From a virus (Duplodnaviria; Heunggongvirae; Uroviricota; Caudoviricetes): 64,000 nt of DNA. Position numbers and translations under genes: made by a program. This document shows positions 42,855 to 53,066 of this stretch, in pieces. The stretch lies in IMG/VR virus record IMGVR_UViG_3300006794_000002. One strand, 5' to 3'. Position 1 is the stretch's first letter, and each line of letters starts with the position of its first letter. The notes under the pieces are model-generated. The model was given only the letters and a program-made list of their open reading frames with translations, did not search any database and was not told where the DNA came from.

Positions 42855-43460
42855 TTGAAGACAATGCAACCCGTAACACCTAGCACGCTTTTGACTATGA
42901 AAGCGATGCGTACCAACATATTCCGAATGATCGCTAAGGATAGGCGAAAAGCGGAGACAGAACGAGCATGGTATCGACGTGCTTATAAATGGGCGAGACT
43001 GCTATCCGAACGCTCAGGATTAAGCATTGAATTGATCGCTGCCGTTACTGCGGCGCTTTCACCTAATACCGAGTGGCGCGACAATAGGCGAATGGTGCTA
43101 GCGCTTATTCGAAACGCTAATGCGGACACCTATCTAAATCGCAAGGGGAATCGCGTTCGTTTCGGTGGATACGGATTCAATGTCCGCAAGGCTAGGTTGA
43201 TGATGGCAACTAAGAATCCGGACCTATTGAGCGGACCTAAAGTTGAACGATTCCGAGATGCGATTTTAGGGATTGATGCGTGCGTCGTTGACATTCACGC
43301 AACTAATATCGCAATGGGTACTGTCAACGTATATTCCGGACCTAGCAAGGCCGCATATTCGATGATCGAAGAAGCGTATAGAGAGGTTGCGAAAATGATG
43401 GGTTGGCAAGTATGCGAAGTGCAATCCGCAACATGGGTTATCTACAAGGCAACTAAGTAA
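42855..43460 (+). CDS. hypothetical protein (201 aa), first gene of the rightward block
   Basis: ORF. The start may be TTG or the ATG at 42864. Confidence 0.4.
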   Translation: MKTMQPVTPSTLLTMKAMRTNIFRMIAKDRRKAETERAWYRRAYKWARLLSERSGLSIELIAAVTAALSPNTEWRDNRRMVLALIRNANADTYLNRKGNRVRFGGYGFNVRKARLMMATKNPDLLSGPKVERFRDAILGIDACVVDIHATNIAMGTVNVYSGPSKAAYSMIEEAYREVAKMMGWQVCEVQSATWVIYKATK

Positions 43461-43479
43461 TTAGGGAAGGGAATCCGAA

Positions 43480-43857
43480 ATGCAATCGCGCAGTCTATTC
43501 AATCGCACTATTTCGAATGGCGGTGGCACGTTCGAAATGCACGCTGATAACTTCAATCGTCAGGACATTAAATCCGGCTATACAGTCGGCCTAGTGGAAG
43601 GGACATTCGCCTATTCGCCTACCGACAATAAACGCATCTTCAATTACGGCATTGCTCGTGCCATTGAAAAGCATCCTGAAGCGGATGCGATAGGGACGTG
43701 GGTTAATGGTGATCGGATTCACATTGATCCTGTCCGCATCTTTCAGGACTTCGACTCAGCGCTTAAATTCGCAAGGGAGAAAAAGCAAATCGCGTTCTTT
43801 CATCTCGATACCTTCACTGAATATACCGTCGCTGACTACGACGAGAAGGGACAGTAG
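43480..43857 (+). CDS. hypothetical protein
   Basis: 125-aa ORF. Confidence 0.4.
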   Translation: MQSRSLFNRTISNGGGTFEMHADNFNRQDIKSGYTVGLVEGTFAYSPTDNKRIFNYGIARAIEKHPEADAIGTWVNGDRIHIDPVRIFQDFDSALKFAREKKQIAFFHLDTFTEYTVADYDEKGQ

Positions 43858-43859
43858 CA

Positions 43860-44258
43860 ATGTTCACATTCAAATCCGATTACGTTGATGTCGCTTGTGG
43901 CTGCTACCAGTCCAGCGATTCATTTCACAACGGTCAGGTGATTAAAGAAGCGGTCTGGTCTGACTGCTTTATCGACAACGATGGCAACCAGATTTTCGTT
44001 CAGCACCAAGAGCATTCACATGTGGCAGCGTGCCATATCGGTGACAATTCGTACAACGATTATCCGGATGACTTGGAGAAGTTGGGATGGGTACACTTCT
44101 CATTGTCTTATCCGACACCGGCTCGCAATTACTTTGGCAAGCGCTTTAATCAGAAGCAGAAGGATCGCCTATTCGATATCGCAATGGCTGGTCGTGGTAT
44201 CAATGAAAATCAGGTAGCCAACATCATGGCTGCAATCGAGAAGGGAGAGCCGCTCTAA
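43860..44258 (+). CDS. hypothetical protein
   Basis: 132-aa ORF. Shares a WVHFSLSYPTPAR-like motif with the paralogous 45371 ORF (WIHFSLAFDTPIV). Confidence 0.4.
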   Translation: MFTFKSDYVDVACGCYQSSDSFHNGQVIKEAVWSDCFIDNDGNQIFVQHQEHSHVAACHIGDNSYNDYPDDLEKLGWVHFSLSYPTPARNYFGKRFNQKQKDRLFDIAMAGRGINENQVANIMAAIEKGEPL

Positions 44259-44435
44259 TGCTTCATCTCATCCTTGCTATCGCTGGTCTGTTCTTCAATG
44301 TGCAATCGTTTGAGGATGGCAGTGCCATACTTACTAACGATGCCATCACCATTAATGTGCCAGCGTTTGATTCTTCAAACGATGTCATCACTATCACGCT
44401 GAACTAGGAAAGGGAACTAGGAAAGGGATAATCAA

Positions 44436-44696
44436 ATGGCTAAGGCTAAGTTCTCAGGTAACTTCACACTCGACCACGTTGATCCTGTTAACGGTGAGGT
44501 TTATATTCGGCCTGATGGTGTGAAGGTTCTTGTATGGTGGGACTACAACACCAAATTGTGGGCTGTGTATGCAGTCGATAACAACACATATCAGATCAGC
44601 GATTCTGAATATGTGGTCAGGTCTGATGTGCCGTGGGCTATCGAGTCTCGTGTTGCCTTCGACATCTACCCATTTCGTGCGGTCGTGACAGACTAG
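44436..44696 (+). CDS. hypothetical protein
   Basis: 86-aa ORF preceded by an AAGGGA RBS. Confidence 0.35.
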   Translation: MAKAKFSGNFTLDHVDPVNGEVYIRPDGVKVLVWWDYNTKLWAVYAVDNNTYQISDSEYVVRSDVPWAIESRVAFDIYPFRAVVTD

Positions 44697-44882
44697 GTGG
44701 CACGACGCACTGGTATGCTGGCCTGTCCAGTAGAAAGGGATGCAATGAAATCAGTATGGGTTCTCGTTCGTAATGGCAAGGATATCTCCACGCCATTCGA
44801 TAATCCGCAGTCTGCAATTGCGGCTAAGTTCAAGCATTTGAACTACCGCTCCATCGTAGTAGTTGAAAGGAAAGTCAATTGA
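44697..44882 (+). CDS. hypothetical protein
   Basis: 61-aa ORF. Confidence 0.3.
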   Translation: MARRTGMLACPVERDAMKSVWVLVRNGKDISTPFDNPQSAIAAKFKHLNYRSIVVVERKVN

Positions 44883-45052
44883 ACAAGTACCATCTCACCA
44901 TCTACTTGAATACAGGTCGGGTTGTAATCGAACGTACATTCGCTGAGGATCGTAATCATGCGATCCGCATTGCTAAGGCAATGTACGTTGGTGTCAACCG
45001 TGTTAGTGCGGTGAAGATCGGCTAGCCTGTTACTGGCCGCGCTGCTCTGCTT

Positions 45053-45340
45053 TTGAATTTCATCCGTGTACGGGAAGGAGCGAAAATCGCCCACACTTGC
45101 ACATGGCTGGTATCATTGATGGCATCGAACGCAACAGGAGATTTGAACGTGGATCACACAATCGAGCCGCAATTCGCCTTCGAATCAATCGACACGATTA
45201 ATGAGCCGGATGAAATTCCTGCTCGCTGGACATGGGCTAATGACAGCGTGTACCAGTGGATAAATCCGCGCTGCTCATATTGCGGTGAGCCTATCGAATC
45301 GAATGATCCTGATGACATTTGGTTCCACGTCGGTCAGTAA
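45053..45340 (+). CDS. hypothetical protein (CxxC motif)
   Basis: 95-aa ORF containing RCSYCGEP. Confidence 0.3.
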   Translation: MNFIRVREGAKIAHTCTWLVSLMASNATGDLNVDHTIEPQFAFESIDTINEPDEIPARWTWANDSVYQWINPRCSYCGEPIESNDPDDIWFHVGQ

Positions 45341-45370
45341 TTTCGTAGCAGTTACGAAAGGGAATTTGCA

Positions 45371-45844
45371 ATGAGCGTCAACGTCAATCTCGATTGCGGT
45401 ACTGACGAAGACAACAGTTGGTGCAAGGGCCGCGCCAAGACATTCAGGGCCGGTGATCGGCTGGAAGAAACGCTTCGGCCATCTCAGGCTGCAAAGAATC
45501 CTGTGTGGGGCGATGCCTATATTTCGCCTAGTGGCAAGCAGCATTTCGTAGGCTCTTGCGGTCATTCGCATTTCGCCTATGAGCATACGAATGCTCGTGA
45601 TCGTGGCTACTATGCTCAGGAGATTCTGGAAAACGAAGAGAAGTGGATTCATTTCTCGCTGGCGTTCGATACGCCAATTGTGAATTCCGGAATCATTCCT
45701 ACTCAGGCTCAGCGAGATACGCTGTTCGACATCATGATGGAAGGCAACAGAATCGCTGATGCGATGGAATTTGGCGGGCCGCGTGATTACGTTGGCATCC
45801 AGATCATGTCAATTCAGTCGTTCATTAGCGGAGAGGATCGTTAA
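45371..45844 (+). CDS. hypothetical protein, paralogue of the 43860 ORF
   Basis: Shares the HFSLAFDTP… / RDTLFDIMMEG… motifs with 43860–44258 (RDRLFDIAMAG). Confidence 0.4.
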   Translation: MSVNVNLDCGTDEDNSWCKGRAKTFRAGDRLEETLRPSQAAKNPVWGDAYISPSGKQHFVGSCGHSHFAYEHTNARDRGYYAQEILENEEKWIHFSLAFDTPIVNSGIIPTQAQRDTLFDIMMEGNRIADAMEFGGPRDYVGIQIMSIQSFISGEDR

Positions 45845-46288
45845 TTGATAACCAGAGACACAGATTCAGGCCAGTTGGTCGAATTGACACCATCAATTCG
45901 TCGGCTGGTCATTGATGACTATCGAACATTCGGATTTCCGAATGAAGACCCGATGGCAACAACCTACGTTCGAACGAATGATGCGGCTCGTATCGCATTG
46001 ATCGACGGACATTGGGATGAGGTCTGGTTCGATCACGACATGGGTTTGCCATTGCCGTTGGATGCAATCATTCAACTTCGCACTGCTCGTGAAATTAAGG
46101 CAGTGCTGAAGGATGCAACGACTCAGCCGTTGGCAAATGAAATGGAAGAGCATCCAGAAAGGTACGATATCGACAAGATTTACATTCACACTTCAAATCC
46201 AGCCGGTGCCATTCGACTGGCAATGGCACTGCGGAATTGGAATCCGATCCGGATCATGCTTCGCCATAGCGGTGATGACGACGAGTAG
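45845..46288 (+). CDS. hypothetical protein
   Basis: 147-aa ORF. Confidence 0.35.
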   Translation: MITRDTDSGQLVELTPSIRRLVIDDYRTFGFPNEDPMATTYVRTNDAARIALIDGHWDEVWFDHDMGLPLPLDAIIQLRTAREIKAVLKDATTQPLANEMEEHPERYDIDKIYIHTSNPAGAIRLAMALRNWNPIRIMLRHSGDDDE

Positions 46289-46333
46289 GCCAGCAGTGTT
46301 TGACAATGGCCTGTATACTCAGGTCCGGACCAG

Positions 46334-46657
46334 TTGAGAAGGAGACAGACCACGATGCACGAAGTATGGATTTGGTCAGACTTGCAGGGCGATTTCGTTC
46401 CTGCTCGTGATGGCAAGGGCAAGGTCGTCCAGTACGACGATTACGCTGCGGCTCAGGTCGTAGCCATGAAGTACTTGGCCGATGGCGTTCAGGCTCGTGT
46501 CGAATACATCCGCAAGCGATTCGTGGAGAAGAAGAATCGCAAGACCATGAAAAGCGGTCGCATCTTTCGGTCGCGCATCGTTGATTTGGGCGATGGTCCT
46601 GCGGTTATCTCAGCGTTCTACAGCAGCACTGGTCGAAAGTTGAAGGGTGGTTTCTAA
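46334..46657 (+). CDS. hypothetical protein
   Basis: 107-aa ORF. Confidence 0.35.
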   Translation: MRRRQTTMHEVWIWSDLQGDFVPARDGKGKVVQYDDYAAAQVVAMKYLADGVQARVEYIRKRFVEKKNRKTMKSGRIFRSRIVDLGDGPAVISAFYSSTGRKLKGGF

Positions 46658-46943
46658 AATGGCGAATCATCGTTTCGTTGGTCGTCTTGATCGCTGGTGC
46701 GAAATTTGTGATCGGCCAAGCGATCATCCAATTCATTCGGTCGGCGCTTCGAAGAACGAAGCACTGATCGCTGTTGCTAGGGCTGCGAATCTTCGGAATC
46801 GCAACGTCGAACGCAATTTCTTTTTCAACAGCAACGACACCATTGAATTGGTGAACACTGCTCGCTGCAATTGTGGCAACATCCTGACAATTGAAGACGG
46901 CGCTCGCTGCCGCCAGTGCGTTCTTGACGAGAGGATGGCGTAA
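46647..46943 (+). CDS. zinc-finger protein
   Basis: CEICDRPSDH … CNCGN … CRQC. Confidence 0.35.
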   Translation: MVSKMANHRFVGRLDRWCEICDRPSDHPIHSVGASKNEALIAVARAANLRNRNVERNFFFNSNDTIELVNTARCNCGNILTIEDGARCRQCVLDERMA

Positions 46944-47219
46944 ATGTTTGAGAAGCGTGTGTTCGATCCTTCAACGCCAGTCGGTTCAAATCCGTGGCGG
47001 TTCGAATCCGTCAACGGTGTCGATTCAATTGAGGATGGCATGACGTTCATTCCAGACACCGATGAAGACATCCATACGGGCAAATTCATTTGCCATCACA
47101 GTCAGGTGCTTGTCGATCATCGCCATTGCATGAACCACTACGATTGCAGTTGGTTCTGCGATGCCAATCAGGACGACGAGACGGACGACACGGAGTACGA
47201 CTTGGGCGGTGAAGGCTGA
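46944..47219 (+). CDS. acidic Cys/His-rich protein
   Basis: 91-aa ORF containing HHSQVLVDHRHCMNHYDCSWFC. Confidence 0.35.
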   Translation: MFEKRVFDPSTPVGSNPWRFESVNGVDSIEDGMTFIPDTDEDIHTGKFICHHSQVLVDHRHCMNHYDCSWFCDANQDDETDDTEYDLGGEG

Positions 47220-47274
47220 AGTCGATTACTGGCCGCGCAACCCAACCCTCAGAACAGGAGTGTGTACGGTGAAA

Positions 47275-47460
47275 ATGGAAATTGCGGAATTGATTTTGCT
47301 GGCTGGAACGCAACGACGGGCTAGGGCGCGTGTTCTGCGTCGGATGCAGGATTACGGTCCACGGCATCGCCTGACGAATCAGGCTACTCGACTGTCCATG
47401 AAAATCACCAACAAGATTCGTGAGAACAGCGTGGAGATGCTTTACAATGAAGATCGGTAA
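47275..47460 (+). CDS. hypothetical small protein (MEIAELILLAG…)
   Basis: An internal Met with an upstream AGGAG is preferred over the listed 47161 start. Confidence 0.25.
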   Translation: MEIAELILLAGTQRRARARVLRRMQDYGPRHRLTNQATRLSMKITNKIRENSVEMLYNEDR

Positions 47461-47591
47461 ATACCGCATCGGGTTTGCGTTCTACAGCAAGCCTAGCAAA
47501 TTTGTGAAGTGGAATTTCTTCACGCACCAGCGTTTCCACTACGTCGGTTTCGAATTCATGGGTGTCGCCATCAATCTCATTAAGGAGCGAT
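47447..47591 (+). CDS. hypothetical small protein (48 aa)
   Basis: Hand-translated MKIGKYRIGFAFYSKPSKFVKWNFF…. Stop overlaps the next start. Confidence 0.2.
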
Positions 47592-47592
47592 A

Positions 47593-48882
47593 ATGAATTA
47601 CCTAGTCGATACGTTCGTCCCCGTTGATGCGAAAGAGGAAATTCAGTCTCGCTTCGACAAGATGGTGAAGCGTGCAATTCGAATCGGATTTCCTACGCCA
47701 TCGATTAAATGGGGCCAGATTCAACTTGGCAACCTTCAGGGGCCATTTGCTGAGGATGCTGAGGGCATCATTCAGGATGCTGGTACGACGAACGTTCTTC
47801 AGTGGCAGAAACTTCAGATCACTGGCGAACCGCTGAAGTTGGGCGACTGGACGCTCGTGGCGTCGATTGATCCGCTGACCATAGAAAATGATGAGGTCGC
47901 ATATTTCCGGCCCGTACCGGGCGCTACAGTGCCTCAGGAGTGGCGTCAGACCGATCCACGCAAGTGCGATCACTGCAAGGCGCTTCGATATCGCACCGAG
48001 ACGTTCCTAATCACTGACGGTACCGAATTCAAACAGGTTGGCCGTCAATGCATTCGGGACTTCTTGGGCCACAGTCCTGATGTCATTGCGAATTACATTC
48101 GCTTCATCATGGAAATGTATGGCTGGTTCAATTCACAGGACGAAGGCGGCTGGCTAGGATTCAAAGAAGCGACCCGCTGGCTACCTGATAGCGTCATTCG
48201 TGTCACTGCTCGTGTCGTGGCCTTCGATGGCTTCTTTGTCAGCCGCAAGAAAGAACGTGAAGCGCACGACGAAGGAAATTTCTCTGTCGTTGCCACTGCG
48301 TCAACTGTTCTGGACATTTTGAATCCGCCATCAAATCAGTACGGAAAGGAACTGATTCAGAAGTACGCTGCTGCAAATCAGGAGCGGGTCGATCATCTTT
48401 ATGAATTGACCAAGACCGAATTGAACAAGTTGCAGATGTACGACGACAACGACTGGAAGGCCAACCTGTACGTTGCGTCCCATGCAAATACAATCGGCTT
48501 CAAGCAGATCGGTGTTCTCGTTAGCGGAATTCTCTTGGGAATTCGCAAGGACGAGCAGATGATTAAAGAGCGCGAAGACTACCTTCGCAACAAGGCTGAA
48601 GGAAAGCCTGAATCTAATTACGTTGGCAGCGTCGGTGAGCGTGTCACTGTTGAAGTGACAATCATGGATGTGAAGGAAATAAATGCTGACGGTGCCTACT
48701 TCGCAACATCGTATCTGGTTTCGATGATTGACAGCGCTGGAAATACACTGAAGTGGTTCGCTTCAAATCCACCGGCTGCGGTTGAGAAGGATGCAAAGTT
48801 GACACTGGTGGGTACAGTTAAGAAGCACGACGAGTGGAAGGGCCAGAAGCAAACGCTCCTGACCCGCTGCAAGGTGAAGTAG
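47593..48882 (+). CDS. hypothetical protein (429 aa)
   Basis: Long ORF preceded by an AAGGAG RBS. Confidence 0.45.
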   Translation: MNYLVDTFVPVDAKEEIQSRFDKMVKRAIRIGFPTPSIKWGQIQLGNLQGPFAEDAEGIIQDAGTTNVLQWQKLQITGEPLKLGDWTLVASIDPLTIENDEVAYFRPVPGATVPQEWRQTDPRKCDHCKALRYRTETFLITDGTEFKQVGRQCIRDFLGHSPDVIANYIRFIMEMYGWFNSQDEGGWLGFKEATRWLPDSVIRVTARVVAFDGFFVSRKKEREAHDEGNFSVVATASTVLDILNPPSNQYGKELIQKYAAANQERVDHLYELTKTELNKLQMYDDNDWKANLYVASHANTIGFKQIGVLVSGILLGIRKDEQMIKEREDYLRNKAEGKPESNYVGSVGERVTVEVTIMDVKEINADGAYFATSYLVSMIDSAGNTLKWFASNPPAAVEKDAKLTLVGTVKKHDEWKGQKQTLLTRCKVK

Positions 48883-48898
48883 GAAGGAGAGAGAGAGG

Positions 48899-49189
48899 AT
48901 GACTGTAGGCCGAGTCTCAGCAGAAGAGCGTAAGCGTGTCGAGAAAACACGAGTGAAGACTGACGAGAAGGCTAAGGCTGGTCATTCTGTTCTTCAGGAT
49001 GGCGAGTGGATATTTGTGCCTGACGTTATAGTTGAACTGCCAGCAGTTAAACGTGAGCGTTCGGATTTCACGTCATCAGTTGAGCCAGCGACTTGGGGAA
49101 CGTGTATGTTCTGTTCCAGTCCATTTGCAAACCTACGTTTCAAGAACGACGACTCCGTTCGTCTGTGTGTTAATTGCGTGAGGAATTAA
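48899..49189 (+). CDS. zinc-ribbon protein
   Basis: CMFCSSPF…CVNCVRN. Confidence 0.35.
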   Translation: MTVGRVSAEERKRVEKTRVKTDEKAKAGHSVLQDGEWIFVPDVIVELPAVKRERSDFTSSVEPATWGTCMFCSSPFANLRFKNDDSVRLCVNCVRN

Positions 49190-49190
49190 A

Positions 49191-49481
49191 ATGCCAGTTG
49201 CACCTACGCGACCGTGGCGCGGACCACGATCAGTCAACAATTCGCCGGATGAAGATTGGGGTTTTCATGAACGGCTACCGCATGACGAAGACCAGCGTAT
49301 CACCATTTACTACAACCTGACTGACGCAGCCGAAGTTGTGCTGGAAGTCTGGTCAAAGCGTGCGACTACGGCTGTGTCCCTGACGGCTGAGCAGCGAGAC
49401 GAATTGGTGCGGCTGCTCTTGGGTATTGACACAGCCCCTTATAGTGAAGGTCCAACGTACAGCGAAGGAGACAACCTGTGA
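49191..49481 (+). CDS. hypothetical protein
   Basis: 96-aa ORF. Confidence 0.35.
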   Translation: MPVAPTRPWRGPRSVNNSPDEDWGFHERLPHDEDQRITIYYNLTDAAEVVLEVWSKRATTAVSLTAEQRDELVRLLLGIDTAPYSEGPTYSEGDNL

Positions 49482-49632
49482 TCGGACTCAGCGATGCTGA
49501 ATCACGGATCGCCTACGTCCTGACCTATGCACTGGTCATGGTCGTGGCGCTCATCATGGTCGTGATCGACCCGCTGCATGACGTGAGCCATGCGCTTGCG
49601 GCGGCTGCTGCTGGCATCTTTCTTGGAGTGGA

Positions 49633-50574
49633 GTGGAAATCCTGATGCCTGACACGAAGAAGTCGGTCTACCAAATCGTCACCGATAAGATCATCGCGCT
49701 ACTGGATGCTGGTACGGTGCCGTGGCGCAAGCCGTGGCGCTCAACAGGTCTGGTCATGCCGGTGTCATCTCGTGGCTATCGATATCGGGGGATCAACGTC
49801 TTCATTCTCGCTGCCACTTCGATGGCTAATGGCTATCGTTCACCAGTCTGGTTGACATTCAAGCAGATCAACGAACTTGGTGGCAAGGTAAACGAGGGCG
49901 AAAAGTCAACGCTCGTTACCTACTGGAAACTTCTGGAAATTGAAGAGCGTGATGCAAATACAAACGAGTTGAAGAAGAAGAAGATTCCGCTACTGCGATT
50001 CTATCTCGTCTTCAATCTCGACCAGACAACTGGCGTTAAGTTGTCGAAGGCCGTTCAGAAAATTCAAGACGCTGCCACCGACGAAGGCACCTACAAGGGT
50101 GGCGTTCGTGAGGAAGACGCTATTGAAGCGGCTGAAGCAATCGTCAAGGGCTACGAGAATGGGCCGCTTGTTCGATTTGGTTCCAACCGCGCAGCCTACA
50201 GTCCAACACTCGACGTTATCGGAATGCCGGACAAGACCGACTTCGATAAGATCGAGGAATTCTACGCCACTGAATTTCACGAGTTCGGTCATAGCACCGG
50301 CCACTCTTCTCGTTTGAATCGTGCTGGCATCACGTCGTTCGACCACTTCGGGTCAGGCCAGTACGCTGACGAGGAACTGATCGCTGAATTGACAGCCGCT
50401 ATGCTCTGCGCTGAAGCAGGGATCGACAACACAATCGAGAACAGCGCGGCTTACATCGCTTCGTGGAAGGCGAAGTTGACAGCCGACCCTAAACTGATCG
50501 TACAGGCCGCTGGCAAGGCACAGAAGGCCGTTGACTACATCACTGGCAAGCAATTTGAAGGAGTAGATGCGTGA
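49633..50574 (+). CDS. ArdC-like antirestriction protein (ssDNA-binding N-domain + zincin metalloprotease-like C-domain)
   Basis: N-terminal ArdC hallmark …GTVPWRKPW…. HEFGHSTGH (HExxH) motif in the C-terminal half. Confidence 0.55.
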   Translation: MEILMPDTKKSVYQIVTDKIIALLDAGTVPWRKPWRSTGLVMPVSSRGYRYRGINVFILAATSMANGYRSPVWLTFKQINELGGKVNEGEKSTLVTYWKLLEIEERDANTNELKKKKIPLLRFYLVFNLDQTTGVKLSKAVQKIQDAATDEGTYKGGVREEDAIEAAEAIVKGYENGPLVRFGSNRAAYSPTLDVIGMPDKTDFDKIEEFYATEFHEFGHSTGHSSRLNRAGITSFDHFGSGQYADEELIAELTAAMLCAEAGIDNTIENSAAYIASWKAKLTADPKLIVQAAGKAQKAVDYITGKQFEGVDA

Positions 50575-50810
50575 TCGTTGATGAGAAGGATGTCCCTCAG
50601 GAATTGAGGAAATTCTTGGTCAATGTTCAAATGGAAATCACAGCGAAAGACCTTGATACTGCTACGGAGTATGCAGATCAGGTTCTCTACGTTGGCAGTC
50701 ATACTGCTGATGATTCTGTCTATGGCTATGGCGATCCGTCACGCGATTACGACGGCTCCAACGTCACGGAATACGACGTTGACTTTCGCAGTGCAAGGGA
50801 GATTGCGTAA
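50571..50810 (+). CDS. hypothetical protein
   Basis: 79-aa ORF. Confidence 0.3.
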   Translation: MIVDEKDVPQELRKFLVNVQMEITAKDLDTATEYADQVLYVGSHTADDSVYGYGDPSRDYDGSNVTEYDVDFRSAREIA

Positions 50811-51217
50811 TGCCGAAGTTGTACGTTCGCAACAAGATTCAGGCGGCTCTATTCGAAATGGAATTGAAGGGCCAGATCAGCGACGGTCATTGGGAGAATG
50901 ATCCACGTTCTGATTGGCCTACATGGTGCGATGCTGAGGTAGTTGTCGGCACGACTACGCTAGGCCGAACCTTCTACTCACCACGCAAGACATTCAATTT
51001 CGCAGACAAGCGATTGACTGACGTTGTTGGTGAGCGCATGAAGGGTATCGTCCTTGACGCAACCGGCATCATGCTTTCAGATGCCAGCCTTCGGGCTGAA
51101 CTGAACGATCTAAAGCAGATCGCTGGTCAGTATCCAGCGCAGCCGGTTACGTTCCAGTACCCGCCCTTCTACTCAGTTCGTGAGCAAGAGGAAGCGCGAG
51201 CATGGCGCAACCGATAA
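50810..51217 (+). CDS. hypothetical protein
   Basis: 135-aa ORF. Confidence 0.35.
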   Translation: MPKLYVRNKIQAALFEMELKGQISDGHWENDPRSDWPTWCDAEVVVGTTTLGRTFYSPRKTFNFADKRLTDVVGERMKGIVLDATGIMLSDASLRAELNDLKQIAGQYPAQPVTFQYPPFYSVREQEEARAWRNR

Positions 51218-51417
51218 CCTGTGAGGATGCCTACGAGTGTGCGTACTGTCCGCTCGTAGGCATTGACACGGCTGTTATGGTTGATGGGTTCCCTGCTCAT
51301 CCCGAATGTGCGCTGGCCGTGGAGACACTGCCTAAGCGCGAACGGTTCCAGATCAGGGCATACGTGGCACTGAACACGAAGGAGATAGATGTACCAGCAC
51401 AAGGTTCCGCAGGATAA
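51202..51417 (+). CDS. hypothetical Cys-containing protein
   Basis: 71-aa ORF. Confidence 0.3.
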   Translation: MAQPITCEDAYECAYCPLVGIDTAVMVDGFPAHPECALAVETLPKRERFQIRAYVALNTKEIDVPAQGSAG

Positions 51418-51574
51418 TCTGGATCACGAGGTCAGCATGAAGTTGATCGAGCGTGTCAGTCCATACTCACGAGTCGTGGAGTTCTATGAGGTCTGCTCGA
51501 CTTGCGAGAAGCCTGTCAAGAAGGTGCCTTTGAATGAAGGACCGGAATCCTTGAAGGCTCTACTTAGATTTTAA
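51389..51574 (+). CDS. hypothetical protein (CxxC)
   Basis: 61-aa ORF. Confidence 0.3.
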   Translation: MYQHKVPQDNLDHEVSMKLIERVSPYSRVVEFYEVCSTCEKPVKKVPLNEGPESLKALLRF

Positions 51575-51586
51575 GGGAGAAAGAAA

Positions 51587-51973
51587 TTGCCTAGAGTTGA
51601 GGGCATGGCCCGTTACGGGCGACCAACATATATCAACGTTGAATCATACGGTCGGACTCGGACGGATAGACTTCGGATCGAGGTCTACGAGAATGATGAT
51701 TCGACCGGCAACTACGGTAGCACAGACATCACGCCAGAAAGCGCGATGACTCTGGCTGTTGAACTTCATCGTCTAGCAACTACCGCCTTCCGTCAGCGCC
51801 GCGAGCAGGAAGAGCGTGAGCGATTGCGGGCTGAGCAAGACGCTCAGCGTAGCCTTCAAATTACCAACGCACAGATCAACAGCACCAGAACGAGAGGAAG
51901 CAGCGATGCCTACTGGCAATCGGTACTCAGTGATGAGGACTACCGACGCATCTTCAGCGTCACCAACAGTTAG
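51587..51973 (+). CDS. hypothetical protein
   Basis: 128-aa ORF. Overlaps the listed start of the next long ORF. Confidence 0.35.
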   Translation: MPRVEGMARYGRPTYINVESYGRTRTDRLRIEVYENDDSTGNYGSTDITPESAMTLAVELHRLATTAFRQRREQEERERLRAEQDAQRSLQITNAQINSTRTRGSSDAYWQSVLSDEDYRRIFSVTNS

Positions 51974-53066
51974 AATTCAGCGCTGCGATACTGCGGGCTG
52001 CTCGATCTGCGGGCCGAACGCTGAGGTTCCGTGGTACAATCCGCTGCCTAACCGTCGTGGTTCAGGCGATGCGCTGCGTCGTATCCGCGCTCGCTTTACA
52101 CGGCGAGAGCGTGAGTTCGAACAGGCCAATCGTGACGAGAACGACGAGACGCATGATAAGCCGACGAACTGCTATTGCGAGGCGTGCAAGTTGGCTCGCT
52201 TCGAAGGTTCGAAGTTGCGTCATGCTGTCATCGAAGGCTACAGTTACGAGCCGCCCGGTGGATACAAGTATCATTCGGTTCCGGATGATCCGTTCAACTA
52301 CTACTTGGGCGTTGAATTGGAGACTGATGCTAACGGTCCTCTGTCTGCTGAGGTAGGCGCTGACATTCGCCAGCCGAAGCAGTTCTGGATCGCCAAGCAT
52401 GACGGCTCTGTGTCTGGTCCGGAGTTTGCTTCTCATCCGGCAACGTTGTCGTGGTGGCGTAAGCACGCTGCTGATTTGGAAGTGATGTTCACCACGCTGC
52501 TGCATGGTGGCTTCTCGTCTCACAACGGGAATCACTGCGGTATGCACGTCAACATCAGCCGTAATGCGTTCGACAACAGCCGCCATTTCTATCGCTTCCT
52601 GAACCTGATTCATGGTCAGCCGAAGTGGTCAATCAAGATGTCTCAGCGAACGCAGTCAACTGCTACGCAGTGGGCTGTAGTTGGTGCCGACAAGCGGACG
52701 CTGAAGCGCATCTCAGTCGGAGACGAGACGGACAAGTACGTTGCACTGAACGTGCCGTACAGCGAGCGTCGTATCCGGCGTGCTGGCTACTATGATCGCA
52801 ACGACAACTGGATTGCCGATCAGTACGAACCTGAAGAGCGTGATCCGTCACGCCTTCGCTACGAGTTCCGGCTTCCCCGTGGTACGCTGCGTATCGACCG
52901 CTTCTTCAAGAACTTGGAGTGGACTGTTGCGATGATCGAGTACACTCGTACTCATACTCGCGTGTCTGATGCCACTCCTGCTAAGTTCATGAAGTGGGTG
53001 GCTGACAACGAGAAGAAGTACCCGTATCTTGCGGGCTTCATCTCTGAGAAATTCGGGGTGAGTTAA
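51906..53066 (+). CDS. amidoligase (COOH-NH2 ligase, glutamine-synthetase-like fold; PF12224-type)
   Basis: Motifs YYLGVELETDANG…WIAKHDGSVSGPEFASHP…GMHVNISRNAF match phage amidoligase family signatures. The start is set to an internal Met because the listed 51816 start overlaps the previous gene. Confidence 0.5.
   Translation: MPTGNRYSVMRTTDASSASPTVRIQRCDTAGCSICGPNAEVPWYNPLPNRRGSGDALRRIRARFTRREREFEQANRDENDETHDKPTNCYCEACKLARFEGSKLRHAVIEGYSYEPPGGYKYHSVPDDPFNYYLGVELETDANGPLSAEVGADIRQPKQFWIAKHDGSVSGPEFASHPATLSWWRKHAADLEVMFTTLLHGGFSSHNGNHCGMHVNISRNAFDNSRHFYRFLNLIHGQPKWSIKMSQRTQSTATQWAVVGADKRTLKRISVGDETDKYVALNVPYSERRIRRAGYYDRNDNWIADQYEPEERDPSRLRYEFRLPRGTLRIDRFFKNLEWTVAMIEYTRTHTRVSDATPAKFMKWVADNEKKYPYLAGFISEKFGVS

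Noticed and set aside
51816-51973. Listed start of the 416-aa amidoligase ORF at 51816, which overlaps the upstream 128-aa ORF by 158 nt.
   Set aside because: An internal Met (~51906) removes most of the overlap. The long N-terminal extension is Ser/Thr/Pro-rich, which suggests an alternate-frame read-through of the upstream gene.
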